64,000 nucleotides of DNA from Haplodiscus bocki (lineage: Eukaryota), in the NCBI GenBank assembly GCA_965655095.1, contig OZ296657.1, positions 27,404,001 through 27,468,000 of the forward strand, in the 5' to 3' direction. This document shows, piece by piece, positions 1 to 12,750 of the stretch. The notes below the pieces were generated by a model. That model was not told the DNA's origin and did no database searches. It saw nothing but the letters and a program-made list of their open reading frames with translations. A program made the translations under genes and the position numbers. The number at the start of each line of letters is the position of its first letter. The first letter of the stretch is position 1.

Positions 1-271
1 GCTTTTAGCTTAAAACTGTCAAAACTTCTGCAAAACTCCAACTGGTCAGGTCTTAAAATGATCAACTTTTGTGAACTTGTTTGGCGGTGGCAATTTCAAT
101 GACACTACCAATGCAGCCACGTTTAGGCCCGAATTCCAGTCTTGTGCAGTTTTCCGACACTTTGGAGGTGATATACTCTAAAAGCCTCCCAGCTTTTTGT
201 CAAAAAATTGATTGACCATCAGTTTCTCATTCCTCAAGCAGTCAGGAATTCAGATTTTTGTAGACGCATGT

Positions 272-414
272 TTTTTCTGGTATAACGGCGTTAACGGCGT
301 TGAACCGGAACGCTAATGGCACTAACGGCACTCCTTGTTGGTATAAAGTTGTTAACGGCGTGTTGCTAGTAAGTTAACGGCGTTAGCGGCGTTTATGCCA
401 CTGTACCGGAAAAA
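272..414. mobile_element. Short MITE-like element with internal TAACGGCGT repeats
   Basis: Imperfect terminal inverted repeats TTTTTCTGGTA (272-282) and TACCGGAAAAA (404-414), with several (T)TAACGGCG(T) copies inside. Confidence 0.45.
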
Positions 415-859
415 TAGCGACGTTTTCCCAAAAATGTTCAACCCGGGTATTCAGCAGCTGTTAACACACGGGAAGCTAACATGCCAGTTACAAACCAAAC
501 ATTCTTTTTGTTTTAAAAAACAGAAGAAGGTTTTTGGTCCTCATTCAGAATTTAACACGGATTTGGCTAGCTCTCTGACAAACATCTGTTATATAACCAA
601 AGATATGCAATTAAAGAAACAAAACTTGAAAAAGAACACAACATTAAACAAAAAACGCAACGGTAGTTCGATTTTTTTTCGTCAATGGGGCGCAAAAAGG
701 AGTGGTGAAAAATACAGATATATTTGACTAAGAGAGCCAGTATTTTGGATGGAACTTGGTTTTAAAAGAAAAACAAAAGGAAATGGAGTTTTTTGTCCAA
801 TTCGGGATATTATAACAGTTTTTAACCTAACTTTAGTCAATTAGATAATCTTTACCAGT

Positions 860-1300
860 ACTTGTCCATAAAAACCTTGATGGAAGAAACCCACCCCGGT
901 AGCTATGGTGAAATATAGAATTGGGGGAACGTCCTTACTATAAGTTTTGTGTTGTGGACTTACCAGCAACTCGACATGAGGAACAAACTCGCGTTTAAAA
1001 AATTATAGAATTGGAACGCTGTTGATAGAAATCTTAATAGAAAAGATCAAGCCGGTAGTTCTGGGTGATCATGTTTTGGAATACTACAAAAATTCAACCC
1101 TGATTGAAAAAATGTGCGTTTTCTTTTCATCAGAGTCATGCATTCCAATGCCACACAAAAACTGAGCAATGACTCAAACGAAAACGCTTCTGCTAGTGGG
1201 AAACTCACGATTGGGATTTTCAAAGATTTATTTCACCCAGTAATTATGGAGAAACTTCAGTTTAAAGTTCTTTGAAAAAATATTGTAGATAGGAATTTTA
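860..1300 (+). repeat. Degenerate ~175-bp tandem repeat family, short array
   Basis: ACCTTGATGGAAGAAAC..CCGGTAGCTATGG (~875), AAGATCAAGCCGGTAGTT (~1043) and CCAGTAATTATGGAGAAA (~1237) match the core seen in the 39-41 kb and 51-52 kb arrays. Confidence 0.55.
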
Positions 1301-1492
1301 AGAAGTTTTTTCAAACCTTAACGTAAAATGGGTGATAGCTATTTTCAAAGTGCTTCCACAAAAAAACTGATAAATGGCAAACTGATGAAAGTAAAACAGT
1401 TGGTAGTTAATGACAACAATGATTTTTTTGTCGCCAAAATTTGTTATGAATAGCCTTTGGCACTTTAGGCCTCTCGAGTGTTAGGTCCAAGA

Positions 1493-1970
1493 CTAACACT
1501 TGCAATGATTCAGTAAAAGATGTTTCGCCGAGCAGAAAACTAGTAATTGGGACCTGGATGGATGATTTGAAGCTGCCATTCTAATTGAAAATTGAGTTCG
1601 ATTACAACGGCGAACCAATAATAATAAGAAACTTTGGCTTTTTTGAGCTATCATGATCTCAGTGGAAGACACAAACACAACGGTGACTTGCATGAACAAA
1701 TCTTGGCTACCGGAAGCGCGCTGATTGGCACCTTGTTGGACGTGATCGAGCCACTCTTTGTGCAAAAATTGAATTGGATTATATTGTAAAACAACACCAA
1801 AAGAACTTTCGACACTTTTGACCTTTCAGAGTCCCAATTGAAGGCGCAAAACGGGCACAAAAATTGCTCGAAAAAGTTTCAAACTGTTCAAAACTATAAT
1901 TAGGACGTCGATGGAAGTAATCCAGACGAAAGCTATGACGAATGTTGAGTTTTAGTTCGCTAAAAATCAA
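1493..1970 (-). pseudogene. Polinton-like A32/FtsK packaging ATPase remnant
   Basis: Frameshifted pieces 'VAKICSCKS', 'KFLIIIGSPL*SNSI' and 'KHLLLN' loosely follow the Polinton ATPase motifs (LFT.GxHH; IVLFKSPRD..Q; YGYLLID). Lies next to the integrase remnant. Walker A not recognisable. Confidence 0.3.
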
Positions 1971-2164
1971 TTAAGTTAACACTTTTTGGTAATTTTGGCC
2001 CTGCAAATTCTGTTTACAAAACCAAACATACTGAACGTTGAGTTGTAAATGCTTCGAAATTTAAAAACTGCTGCTTGGGATCATGAAAGATGTGATCAAG
2101 CTGCTATTCGAGTCCAAACTTGAGTGTGGATAACGCGCAAAACTAAAAACAACAAATTTTGGCA

Positions 2165-3170
2165 TTTTCGGCTTATGGTAATTCAACAGAAGACGCAAAC
2201 ACGGAGCTGAGTATGAAATAAGAGGTGCTTCTAGATTTTTCAAACTGATCTTTGCGATCTTGGTCGAGGTTCTCCAGTTGGTAAAAATTTCGAGGTTTGA
2301 GTGCAAATAACGGTGAAAGCCATTACAACTAGAAAATTTCACAAAATGGGACTTTCTCGTTTCAGATGCAAGAGACGACTGGAAGTCCTTCAGGAGCCAT
2401 CAGACTTTGATAAAGAAGGTAAAGATCAACCTTATCAAATCAATTCCATAAATTTTTGCTCTGCTCCAAAAGAACACTTCAAAAGACTACCGCTCACTTC
2501 ATGTACAAAATGGAAGCAATTTGAAAAAAAAACAATATCGTCATTAACGAGAATTTTGGAAACATTTGCAGGAGAATTTGAAGCGCAACTTCAAAAGAAT
2601 CACTGATAAGGACAAAAGTGCACAAATACCGCTCACATTCACATTGTAGACTTGCAATGGACACTTGCAATTCAGACTGCATGTCTGCTCTAAAAACGAC
2701 CAATTGACGCAGTCACCGAGCAATGTTTCGCAAAAAATCGAAAAAACTATTGTAGATACTAAGAGATTGCTTTTTCCTTCGTACTTTGGTGCGACAGGAA
2801 AAAACAATATATTTATCACTTTACGGTTAAGCATACCTGTTCTTACCTATTCAAATATTGAATCTGGAACTCAAATGGAAGAATTTCAGTTACGTAACCT
2901 GTTGATCCAGAAGAAAAGTTTTGATATAAGAAACTGACTTGAGCCGTAGAACAGAACTTGACGCAGTAGGCAAAGCTCCTCTTTTGTTTCAGAAGCTATG
3001 AATTTTAAACTAAGCTACGGTGAACGACAGAAACGAGGTGCTTGTCCCAGTTTTCAACAAAAAAAAGCAAACTTGAAGAAAACTTTGCAATCTGAGACAA
3101 AGATTGGAAAGTTTTTGCCAATGTACCAAGATACTACATAAAATACATGGGCAACCTGAAAGCGAGGAAT
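2165..3170 (+). pseudogene. Polinton-type retroviral-like (rve) integrase remnant with C-terminal chromodomain-like piece
   Basis: Colinear fragments: 'SAYGNS', 'TTRKFHKM', 'ETFAGEF' (cf. TDxGxEF), 'SPSNVSQK', 'LRLS...TQMEEFQL' (cf. VRIS..NWTxExF) and 'RYYIKYMG' (cf. YLVKWxG). Interrupted by stops and frameshifts. Confidence 0.55.
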
Positions 3171-4399
3171 CTAAAGAAACATTGAGGGACGCAAAGTGAG
3201 ACAGAACCCAGCAAAAGTTTTTTTGGTGTTGGGACCGGAAGCAATAAATCAAGAAGCCCGATGAGAGTACCGAACTGAACGGAAAAGAAGTGGAGGGTTG
3301 TATCAAACTTTGTACCAGCTGTTACATTCAGAAAAAAATTGTAACAACTGAGTCGGAAAATAAAGTGTGGATGTGGGTAAACCGTAAAAGTTCTGTTAAA
3401 AAATAAAAATTGTAGAACAAGATCGCTAACTCCTCAATTTCAGTTCTGGAGCATTCTTTTCGAAGCCTATAATATCATTCAGATATTAAAAAAAACGTCG
3501 AGACAAACTGGAGAAAAATAATAACACCGATATAGTTTCTGATGTTTCGAAACTGTTTTGATGTTTACGCAGCAGTTTTCAGGACAAATTACGGGTGCCA
3601 GACCATTAGGTATTGATGAAATTCTATGGGGAAATTTTGAAAAAGCATGGCTGCTTTAAAAAAATGGGACCAACTTCTTCCCCTAAAAATTTGTTTTTAT
3701 TTAGAGTTTGGGAGTTTGAAGTAAAGCAGCAGCCCAAAAAATAAATCTTCAATGCAGCGCAATCTTATATGTCAACGTTTGACGTTTGATACAAATTTCT
3801 GCTAGATTGAGTAACGGGACGTCCCGGTGGAGATTATTTGGAGTTACTTAAAAGTGTTGCGATGCATATTGAGGAAACTCTCTCCTAATAACAATTTTTC
3901 ATAATTCTTTCCTTCTTTTTTTCGCAGTTTCTGGCTCCTTCCAGTTTTCTCGTACCGGTACAATTTGCGAGTTTATATATATCTTTTTTTTGTGACGTCG
4001 AACAGGTTCTCACCTAAGCTGTTAAGGGGACGAAAACCTACGTAAATTCATAATTCCTAAGGAACCTCCAAACAATTCTGTAAGAATTTGGAAGAATGGA
4101 ACGTGGTTGAGTACGTTTTAATGTCGCCCTGAAGTTTTTTCTAAATTCAGTTATGATGGACTAAGAGTTCAGGGTCCGAAGTTCCAAGAGAGAAGATGCT
4201 CAACATAAACACTCCAAATTTTTGAACAAATTCGCAAAATGGAGCTTTTCTTTCGGATTTTTTCGAGTTTTCTTGGTTGGACATCAAGTGAAGTTGTTAT
4301 AGACAACAAAATCAGCTGAAACTGAGCAGTAAACGGTTGGGTTAAATATGGTCAAGTCCTCAAAATGGATGTCGTGGGACATCTGCTTCTCTTGCTGTT

Positions 4400-5591
4400 T
4401 GTATCTATACAGAATCCAACACAGAAGTCATTGTGATGCCAGGAGAAAAGATTGCTTAGAATATTTCCCCGGAAAAAACGATGCTGCTGCAAAATCCGCT
4501 CTGCATCAGAACAGCAGACAGGCGCATATCAACTGCAGGTTGACGTTTGTTTCAAATTTGTCAAATACTCTCATAGACCCAATTGAGAGTAGCGCATTTT
4601 CATCAGTATTGACAGTCTTTATTCAAGAAAAGTTAGCTGGCGATGAACCTTCTGGCGTGCCAAGGAAGAGGATCAATCTGGTGGGCTAATGTAACTTTGG
4701 AAAGCCGGATTTGTATCTTTCATCAGATTCATGACCTGTTATATGCTTTCTTGGCTGTCACAAAGAACAGCCCGTCCAGCAATGTCATTCTTTGGAAAAA
4801 GTACCTCGTCCATATTATGTGCTAGTTGACTTGAAGTCAGTGTATGGGTCATCAGGAATCAATTCCATGATATGGTTCTTCAATGAGGTTTGTACAAGAA
4901 AATCCACTTTCCTTGTGAGAACAGAACAGCAGGTTAATTTAATCAACGGGAAAAAAAGTGGAAAATGCAAAAAAACCTGCTTTATGACGGATTGCAGTGC
5001 TTGCTAACAAGTGTTTTTGGGTAACAGTGAACGTCTTGCACTGCCGTTCCTTGTCCCACTTGACAATATGAGCATTGTTAAATTGGATCCTGCTTTGTTC
5101 TGTCTAATGAGGAGTTAAGTCAGTGCGATTTCCATGTCAAGTTTAATGATGAATACCACCACGGAAGTTGAGCTCCTACGAACCGACAAAAATTTCAAAC
5201 TGGAATCACTAGTACTTTCAAGTTCATTGTGCATGGGCCTGGTATGAAGAGAATGGATTAAGTTTCTTTGCTTTTCATTCTGAGAACGTGTCTTTGAAAA
5301 GATCTGAAGTTCTCCCTGAAGGAAATTCTGATTTTGAGCGAGAAAATAAACGGACGTCACAATACTGAACTCCAGGACCTGATTGAACGCCCTATCTTTA
5401 TCATGGGGAACCGTAGCAACGGAAGCAGTGAGCATTTTGCCAACTGAAGCTAATATGTCGTTGTGAGGAAGAATGCCGACCGTTGCATGCGCATGGTCTC
5501 GAAACATGGTAAAAATTTTATTTGTAAAGCTCATCCACGCGGCGAGTGAGGACGAAGAATGACGCCAAAAAATGAAAAATAAAAGCAGCAA
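4400..5591 (-). pseudogene. Polinton/Maverick major capsid protein (PY-type) remnant
   Basis: ORF 5115-5591 has 'VLEFSI...FLQGELQI...NLIHSL' (cf. IEF..L..KI..NNxLHSLF). Downstream are 'KLTCCSVLTRKV...DPYTDFKS' (cf. ASLFVRKV..YP) and 'MRVFDK...CRADFAAA' (cf. LFAFDLT..LExxFAxAL). Confidence 0.55.
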
Positions 5592-5734
5592 TTACAACAT
5601 TTGATAGACTTAGGCAAGACTCTTTCATCATATTCATCATGGGCCGCACAGACAGGCGCATATCGACCAGAGGGCGGTGACGTTTGTTCCGAATTTTCCC
5701 AATTGTCATTTATTCTCAAAAAACTCATTTACAC

Positions 5735-7300
5735 TAGCGTAATTTCATCAGTATTGGTGATGATGAGGAAAGAAGTCGAAAATTAAATCTGTTCCACTTT
5801 GAGGCAGCTGAATGATGAAAGAGGCAGCGAAGACAGCTGAGCTCGCTGCCAATGGCTGAAAAAACGTTTGTGGCCTAAGCAAGGACAAGTTTTCACTGTA
5901 ATTGACTTCACTTGAGCCTTCCCTTGCAGACCTTCAAAATGTCAAAAACAAAAACCAGCAAAGACAACCTTTGCCTGCGAATTAGGACTCTTTCATTCGA
6001 AATGACTTTCATTTTGTCTCTATAACGCTACAACCACGTTGCAGAGTACAAGGAAGGTGACGCTTGTTCCCATCCAATAACGGAGAGGCTTCGAGTTCAT
6101 GAGATATTTCGACGACACAATCAGTGCCTTGAAAGCATCGATGATCACCCGACTGATTTTGTACAAAGCCTGCAGCTACACACCCGCTGTCGTCGTTGAG
6201 TGTGAACCAAGCATAAGCGGTTCCTTGAAAGCCAGAGCCAAATGCCTGTCACGAAACATGATAGAAAAGATACGCTGCCCAGTGAGGACGAAGTGAGGAA
6301 TTTGTGAAAGCGGTTTTTCACTCAAAAAAAGAACCAACCACCAATTTTTTTCGGACTGCACGATCTTCTTACTGAATGAAAGTGACAGCTGCAAACATGT
6401 CTAAGTTTTCATCACCATACATCATGTAAATTGCATTCTGTAAATTACTGCCAAAGTGTTATTCTTCCATGCATTTCCTGTTCCTGGTGTAGTGCTGCTG
6501 AGAATCCAACATTATCAAAATCAGTGTCTTAAACAAAGCGTCTTTCGTCCGCTGGCCCAAGGGAGTTGATCAGAGTTTTTTCCACTAAAAGAGCTATCAA
6601 TACTAAAACTGTTGAGCAATTATGTCAATTTCCAGTGGTCCCCTGACAGGAACCGAGCTTTCGATCCTATTAGGGACAGTGTATACAACACTACAGCCAT
6701 ATTTTTGCCAATGGACAAAGGATGTTTTGTCGTGGATACTGTTTCTGCTAAATTACGATTGGCGGGAGTATTGCACCAAAAACGAGGACGACATAGAAGA
6801 AACATATTTTAGCAGCAAATTTGAGAATTCAAACTTGGGAAAGAAAAAACATCTCTGAAGTTAGAGATGTTTGCTTCTATCACTTTTACTGAAGCAATTC
6901 AATTCATGCCTGGTACCACAACCAATAACCAATCAGAAAATAGAGACTTATTTAGGTTTCGTCCTGGCTGAAAACGCTATCACACAAAAAAGGTTTTTTT
7001 ACGGAAGGTGAGCTTTTGTCAGCCAGTAGGACATGGAAGTTTAACTTTACCTCTGGCATGACAAGCATGGCAATGTTTACGCTTGTTCCTGAGAAACGAG
7101 TACGCATTCTTACGTGCGACATGTTAAAAATCACAAGTGATTGCTTTCGCGCCCGGAAACAAGCCAACAAGGCATTCTAAAGCCCGTAACAAAGATTGAT
7201 TCCAAGTCCAAACCAGCAGCAGTGCGAATCGTACAGTTTGCCTCAATGATTAGTGTAGAATGCCGGAAACGAACGCCTGCAGTATGTTAAGAAGCGTCTG
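5735..7300 (-). pseudogene. Second major-capsid-like (double jelly-roll) remnant, interrupted by an LTR-retroelement fragment
   Basis: Colinear pieces 'LDLESIF', 'MLVMPEVKL' (cf. W.MPxV), 'RHLALAFK' (cf. PRYIIVGFQ), 'DAFKAL..YLMNSKPLRY' (cf. FDH..YVMLNSxRYP) and 'LVFVFDILK...RLK' (cf. LFVFDVSKQxExLK). Confidence 0.4.
6612..6910 (+). mobile_element. Ty3/Gypsy RT-RNase H connection fragment
   Basis: ORF 6612-6812 'FQWSPDRNRAFDPIRDSV...FLPMDKGCFVVDTVSA...AGVLHQ' matches FxW..E..AF..LK..L..P....F.xxTDAS..GAVLxQ. It is followed by 'KLEMFA' (cf. xxELLA). Confidence 0.7.
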
Positions 7301-7999
7301 AATTGTGACCAATTTTTCCAATTTGAAATTGGGAATAGGAGTTTATTGATGATTTACTGGTGGCCCAACTGTTCTGAACCCTTGTTGTACCCAGGGAAAC
7401 TTTAATTAACAACCCACAAGCGTTTGGAGAACATTAGTTTCCTATCATCTCACACAAATTGAAAAGAAAATCAGGCAAAGTTTATTCTGTCGATGAGCTT
7501 TCCAAAACTCAACGGACCTAGTCAATCATACAAACCTTCGGCCGCAAAAAGAACTGCGATACTAAAACAAAACTCACAGGATCCTCAGTGTCAATCCACC
7601 AGTTCAATAAAAATTTTCAAGCTCTATCTTGTACGCCAGACGAGTACCTGGCACATGCCACAGGTAAACAGTTAAACCACTCACTCGCGCAGCATAGAAC
7701 AACTTCGATCTTCTACGCCTTCGAAGCAACTCAGTTCTTAGCAGGCAGCATTCACTCAAAATTCAGCACTGCATAGTTTAAAACAGTTGTAACGCAAGAC
7801 TCAGTGATTAATTGCATTTACCACTTTTTTCTTTTTTCAATGGAAATCCATGATGAGTAGCGAAAAATCATAGATCAAAATTATTTAAAAATGAGCTCAA
7901 AAGAGTTTTATTTTTGTCATATTAAGGTGGCTTATATTTTGGTACACTTTTAAATACGGTTGGAAAAAAAATTTCCGAGGTAGCGAATAAAACAGCTGT

Positions 8000-8400
8000 T
8001 CACAAAGAATGCAATGAGTGTAATTTATTTTTCAGCCAACAACAGAAATGCTTTCAAGTGGAATCAGTGCACTGGTGTTTGATTTCTTATGATTACATTG
8101 GTTGAAAAGCAGTCAATTGGAAACACACACGGATAACTTAAAATGAGATCGATGCAAAAAGTGACAAAAAAGGCCAGCAGAAAACTTTTATTTAGCTCAA
8201 GAATCCAGATTTTAGTCGCCATACTCGACTAAACAGTTGAAACTATTTATCCGTTATCAAAAGAGCTCAGCGAATTCTGTGGTGATGTGTTCTTGAAACA
8301 TCAGTTCACGTACTCCATTGACGGAGGCGTTTATCTGCGATGCTCATGCGGTTCATGAACAAGGACTGTTGGTAATGGCAGTAAAAGTATCACGTGCTTT
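8000..8400 (-). pseudogene. Adenain-like cysteine (maturation) protease remnant
   Basis: 'ELFDN' (cf. YFDSxG) and 'FC/GLFCHFLH' across a 1-nt frameshift (cf. CGxYCxxF), within the Polinton gene cluster. Confidence 0.35.
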
Positions 8401-8451
8401 TATCAAGAAATATGGTAAATTGTGTGAAAACACAATAAAAAAAACTGAGGA

Positions 8452-8730
8452 ATGAAGTACATAGGCGCTAAGGTGCTTAGTTCAAGGCTTGCGAAGGCAA
8501 TCAACCTCTTGATTACAACGCTGACTACATGTTTATGCAAGGCCAGAGAGCATGTACTGAACTCCGGAGAGATAAGGCAGAGAACAACCATGAGATAACA
8601 GCGGAGGTTCAAGATAACTATTATAACTTTAAACGAAATTTAGCTGAGAAAGAGAAAATTGTAATCCCAAAAGTCAACGGAAGTCAGCCAGTGTTTGGCT
8701 AAAGCCGTATCAGAGCAGCAAGCTCCCATA
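8452..8730 (+). pseudogene. Small basic Polinton-associated ORF remnant (putative core protein)
   Basis: ATG at 8452; 'TTCLCKAREHVLNSGEI...*QRRFK..ILAEKEK' resembles the CICECxxNxLxGNI...L.R.K..LR.LA pattern recalled for small Maverick ORFs. One internal stop. Confidence 0.3.
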
Positions 8731-8799
8731 AATTGAAAAGTAGGGTGTCAAGTGAAGAAATACAAAACTGGGAAAAAATTCTCGAAGAAACCGTGTTTT

Positions 8800-9650
8800 C
8801 TTGCTAATTTATGTCAGAAAACCCGATTAGAATATATTTCGCGCAAAACAATATATCACATGAACAGTGAGGAAACCCTGAGGGTTTTGTGGACACACAC
8901 ACATTTGAGGCAATTTTCCAGGTGATGAGGGTCTTAGTAGACTATCTCAAGGGGTAAAACTATCGAAAAACATGCTCTACATCTATAAAGTAGCTTGGTC
9001 AGACCACTTATCTGCAACCCAGCATACCCTGATAAGCTCTCATCTGTTTCTTCAGGCAATACAATTGGCGCAACAAAACCCAGTTTACTTTTTACTGATG
9101 GAACAACAGGATAAACAATCTTTGGACAAGTCTTAAGCAAACCTTTTTACAACAGGGTAAAAAGTCTCTCAAATTGTCAAAAATTCTGGAAAAAACTTAC
9201 GTCTTGGCACTTTTTTGCAAGAAATTCATGAGAAAAGTTCGGTTGGAGTCGAAACTTGCATCAAAACCAACTGTTGTACGCATTGCGTAATCTGCTTTTC
9301 AATTCGATTGATACGCATCATTTTGAGGTACGCTGAACAAGCTAAATTTTGGATAATATACAAAATTTTTTGAAAACCAGAAAAAGATCGGACAAAATCT
9401 TGTGGAAGATTAAAAAACTTTTCGTTTGATTTTTAAATGCAACTTACTCTTGACATTCATTGCCTGACGACCATTGAGAAGCCATTCTTGGGATAATAGG
9501 CCAAAGAAGTGCAACAAATTAACATTTGCCCTCTGAAAAAGCCTGGTTTTTCAATTGCTTTCGCCAAAAACTCGCGGGCGAAAAGCTTTCGTCCTTCAGA
9601 AACTTCGGCCCCGGTCAATCAGGATCTTGACAACACAGCTAAGTAATAAG
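8800..9650 (-). pseudogene. Possible penton/minor-capsid remnant
   Basis: 'SEGKC*FVALLWP' (cf. LxGxWEVALxEIxYP) and 'GYAGLQISGLTKLLYRC' (cf. YPxDL..G...LYVYC). Weak match. Confidence 0.25.
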
Positions 9651-10899
9651 CAAACGGATCCTACCAATGCCTTCCGAGAAAATGATCGTCAAAGTTAAGG
9701 AGCGCAGTGGGCAATGGGGAATGTAGAATTTGCTTCAAAATCATTCAGAAATATCAGCTTTTTTTTGACGAAAATTGGCGAGAATTTTTTTGGGCAAAAT
9801 TTTTAAAACACCCCGCTCAACCGAATGGTGATCCATTAATTAGTGCAAAACTATTAGCATTTCCAAGCGCCTACTGTAAAAACAGGAGTAAAAAAATAGC
9901 CTTTATCCTCTGAAAAATTGGAAAATTGTAATTTTTCGTAAATAACTAGCCAAAAAACTTTGGGCCGCTGCAAATTTGGAATATGATAGATCGTGAACAC
10001 GTCGTAGTATTTTTACACAAATCGGATAAGAGATGAAATGCAAAGGGATGTCACGTCACGGAGGGGAAAGAATGAAATAATTTTGACGTGTCCTTGTGCG
10101 AATAGGCTTCACTCCGCTCGTCTAAAGCTGTTTAAAGAAAAAATACGAATATATATCAAGAAGGAAGAGCTTAAAGCTAAGACATCTGCAGAGCGAGAAC
10201 GTCAACGGCTATCCCGTAGATTGAAGCACCCAATGTTGAAGACAAGAAACTCAAAGAGGCAAGAGGACTGACTATTACTCAAATTGTTTACTATATTTTT
10301 ATGCTTGCTGTAAAAATTGGTTGACTGACGAAGAAAACGATTTAAATGAGTGCTCCTTTTTGTTCAAAAAAAGGTGTTTTTCAGAAACCTTGAAACTTGT
10401 GAAGGAAACTTTCGAACAATAACACGGCAAGAAGACGTTTCCCCTGTTAAGGTGAGAAACAAAACTATTGGTAACTCATGCAACAACTTTTTCTTCTGAG
10501 TGAAGTAAAATTCGTTTCTCGAAGCCAGTATTGAGCATGTGAGTAGTGAGTAAACAGGTGACATACTTGGGCTTCTGTCCCCTAGGATGCTGGGGGTTGA
10601 TCTCACGATACTGACTCATGAGACAGAGTGGTAGAAGTGTTTTTGCTTCTCGTTAAATATCACACCTCTCACTCACGCCTGATCAGGTGCGTGAGCTGGT
10701 GTGTAAAACAAAATTTTTAAGAAAAAGACCTTCTGATTTTCCTAAACAGAGCTCCTTATATCGTCAGTTCATAAGTTTGGCTAAAAGGCGGAAAATTCAC
10801 ACACTAGAGTTCTCTGAACATTGCAACAAAAATAAAAATCCCATGAAAAGTTCGCGCTCATCAAAGCTAAGGTTTTTTGTGATAAGTTGAAGAAACAAA

Positions 10900-12750
10900 C
10901 GAAACGAGTGAAGCACTTCAGTATTTGGATATAGTGGATCCACTAAGAGTAGGTGAATTTCTTTTCAATTCTAGTGAAGTGATTGTGATTTTTCTGTGGA
11001 TGCAAAAGTATTCAATGATATCACCAAACAAATATCTGACCGTCCATCAAAAATGCTGCCCCTGAAAGGGTTTATAACCTTAAAGCACTGCAAAAGTGAA
11101 AAATGTTTTCTCACTGATTTGATGAATTTTGTTCAAAATCATTCTCATACAAAACCACCAACAGAATCTCTCAAACTCAACTGCTTTACCATCTTTAATT
11201 AGTGAAAAGTAGGCAGAGTAATAGCTGCAGAACAACTGTCCGAGCTAAAGGGTTCAAATCGGTGAAAACTTGGCACCGATGTTAAAATTCAGTTGTTGTA
11301 GTAAGACAAGCATCTGTTTGACACTTTTGAAAGAAAAAGATGAAGCTTTAGAACAACCACTGGTATTCTCAGATGAATACCTTACAGAAAAACATGAGAT
11401 AAAATTCATCAAAATGTTACCGAGTATTATACATCCGATCTCAGTTACTCAATGATAAATAGAAAAATATCGCTGATGTTCGTTACACGACGAAATTATC
11501 ATTTGATGAAAAGATACTCATATTTTGCTCTAGGTATAGCTGCCCAACGGGAAGAAAACTTATTCCTAACGTAATCTTCTGCTATCGTTAACTAAGAAGA
11601 AATCGACAACAAAATCGAAAAAATTTGATAGCTGCAATTTTTCTTTTAATAAGATCAATCTACCGCGGTGATGTTTACAAAAAATAGAGGTAACCAGAAA
11701 CTTCATCAATAAAAACCATTTTGATTAACAAAGCTGCTTCTCTACTGAGCGTTGGAATAACATCCTCCTCTGTAACACATCTAACACACATTGCAAGTTG
11801 TAGCGGTTTGATGGTACGTCCAACATTATCCGGAGTTGAATGCCCAACAGCACTCAGTATTAAAAAAGTGAACAAATTACTTAAAAGGAAAGGAATACTC
11901 TTTCTGAACAAACTTTCTTTGACAGTGAACACTTCACATGACTTCCGAAATTTTTTATTTTAAGTTCATATGAACTTACGGAGTACGGAAAATTTACCAC
12001 TTCTTCCATGAAATGTAAAATAGAACAATCTATGTGGAAGAAGACTTATACGAATACTTTTTTTAAAAAAAATTTACCAAAAGGTAAAATATCCAATAAA
12101 CTAATGCGATGTTTGTCAAAAAAGTTTTTACTGATAAAATTAGTTAGTTTCAAAGTGGAACTCAGAGATTAAAAGTAGTCCACAGAAACAACGGATGGCA
12201 AATCAGTTTGCAAACCTGGAAAATAGCCATATATAGTGACTTGAAATCGAGGACCAAGTGAAAAACTAAGTGGAGATCCGTGTTGTAAGGAGTTTCAAAA
12301 AAGTATAACTTTGACTGAAGACACCAAATCTGTTTTACGGGAAACATGAATTATTTGAAACTTCTCCGTAAAACAAGCGTTGAATGACAAACTCGAAGAA
12401 ATGCTTTAAAAAATAACCCAGGTGTTTTCACCAGAAACAGAACTCGAAGAAAGAAGGTTTCGTGGCTCTCATTTTGAAAAATTGACATTGTACTTCCGTC
12501 GGAAAAATGATACAGCACCAACTCGTGAAGATCTAGTACACCTGGTTGACGATATCTTGGTGGAGAGATCTGGATTTGTTTTTAAAGGAAAAGTAAAGAC
12601 AGATGTATAAATTTTTGGGACAAAAATTACACAAAAGGCTTCGTTTGTTGAATTTAAAAAAACTAAACTTTTAGAACCATCACCAGTGTTATGAACGAGG
12701 ATTGATTTTGCTTTTTCCTTCCTCAAATTAATACCCCAGAAAAAGACGGC
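10900..12750 (+). pseudogene. Protein-primed DNA polymerase B remnant (element A)
   Basis: Frameshifted 'FK/MN/YGKF' at ~11960-11995 (motif B, KxxxNSxYGKF), 'TLTEDTKSVL' at ~12310 (motif C, YxDTDS) and 'SGFVFKG' (cf. GxFKxE), in the correct order and with plausible spacing. Confidence 0.45.
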
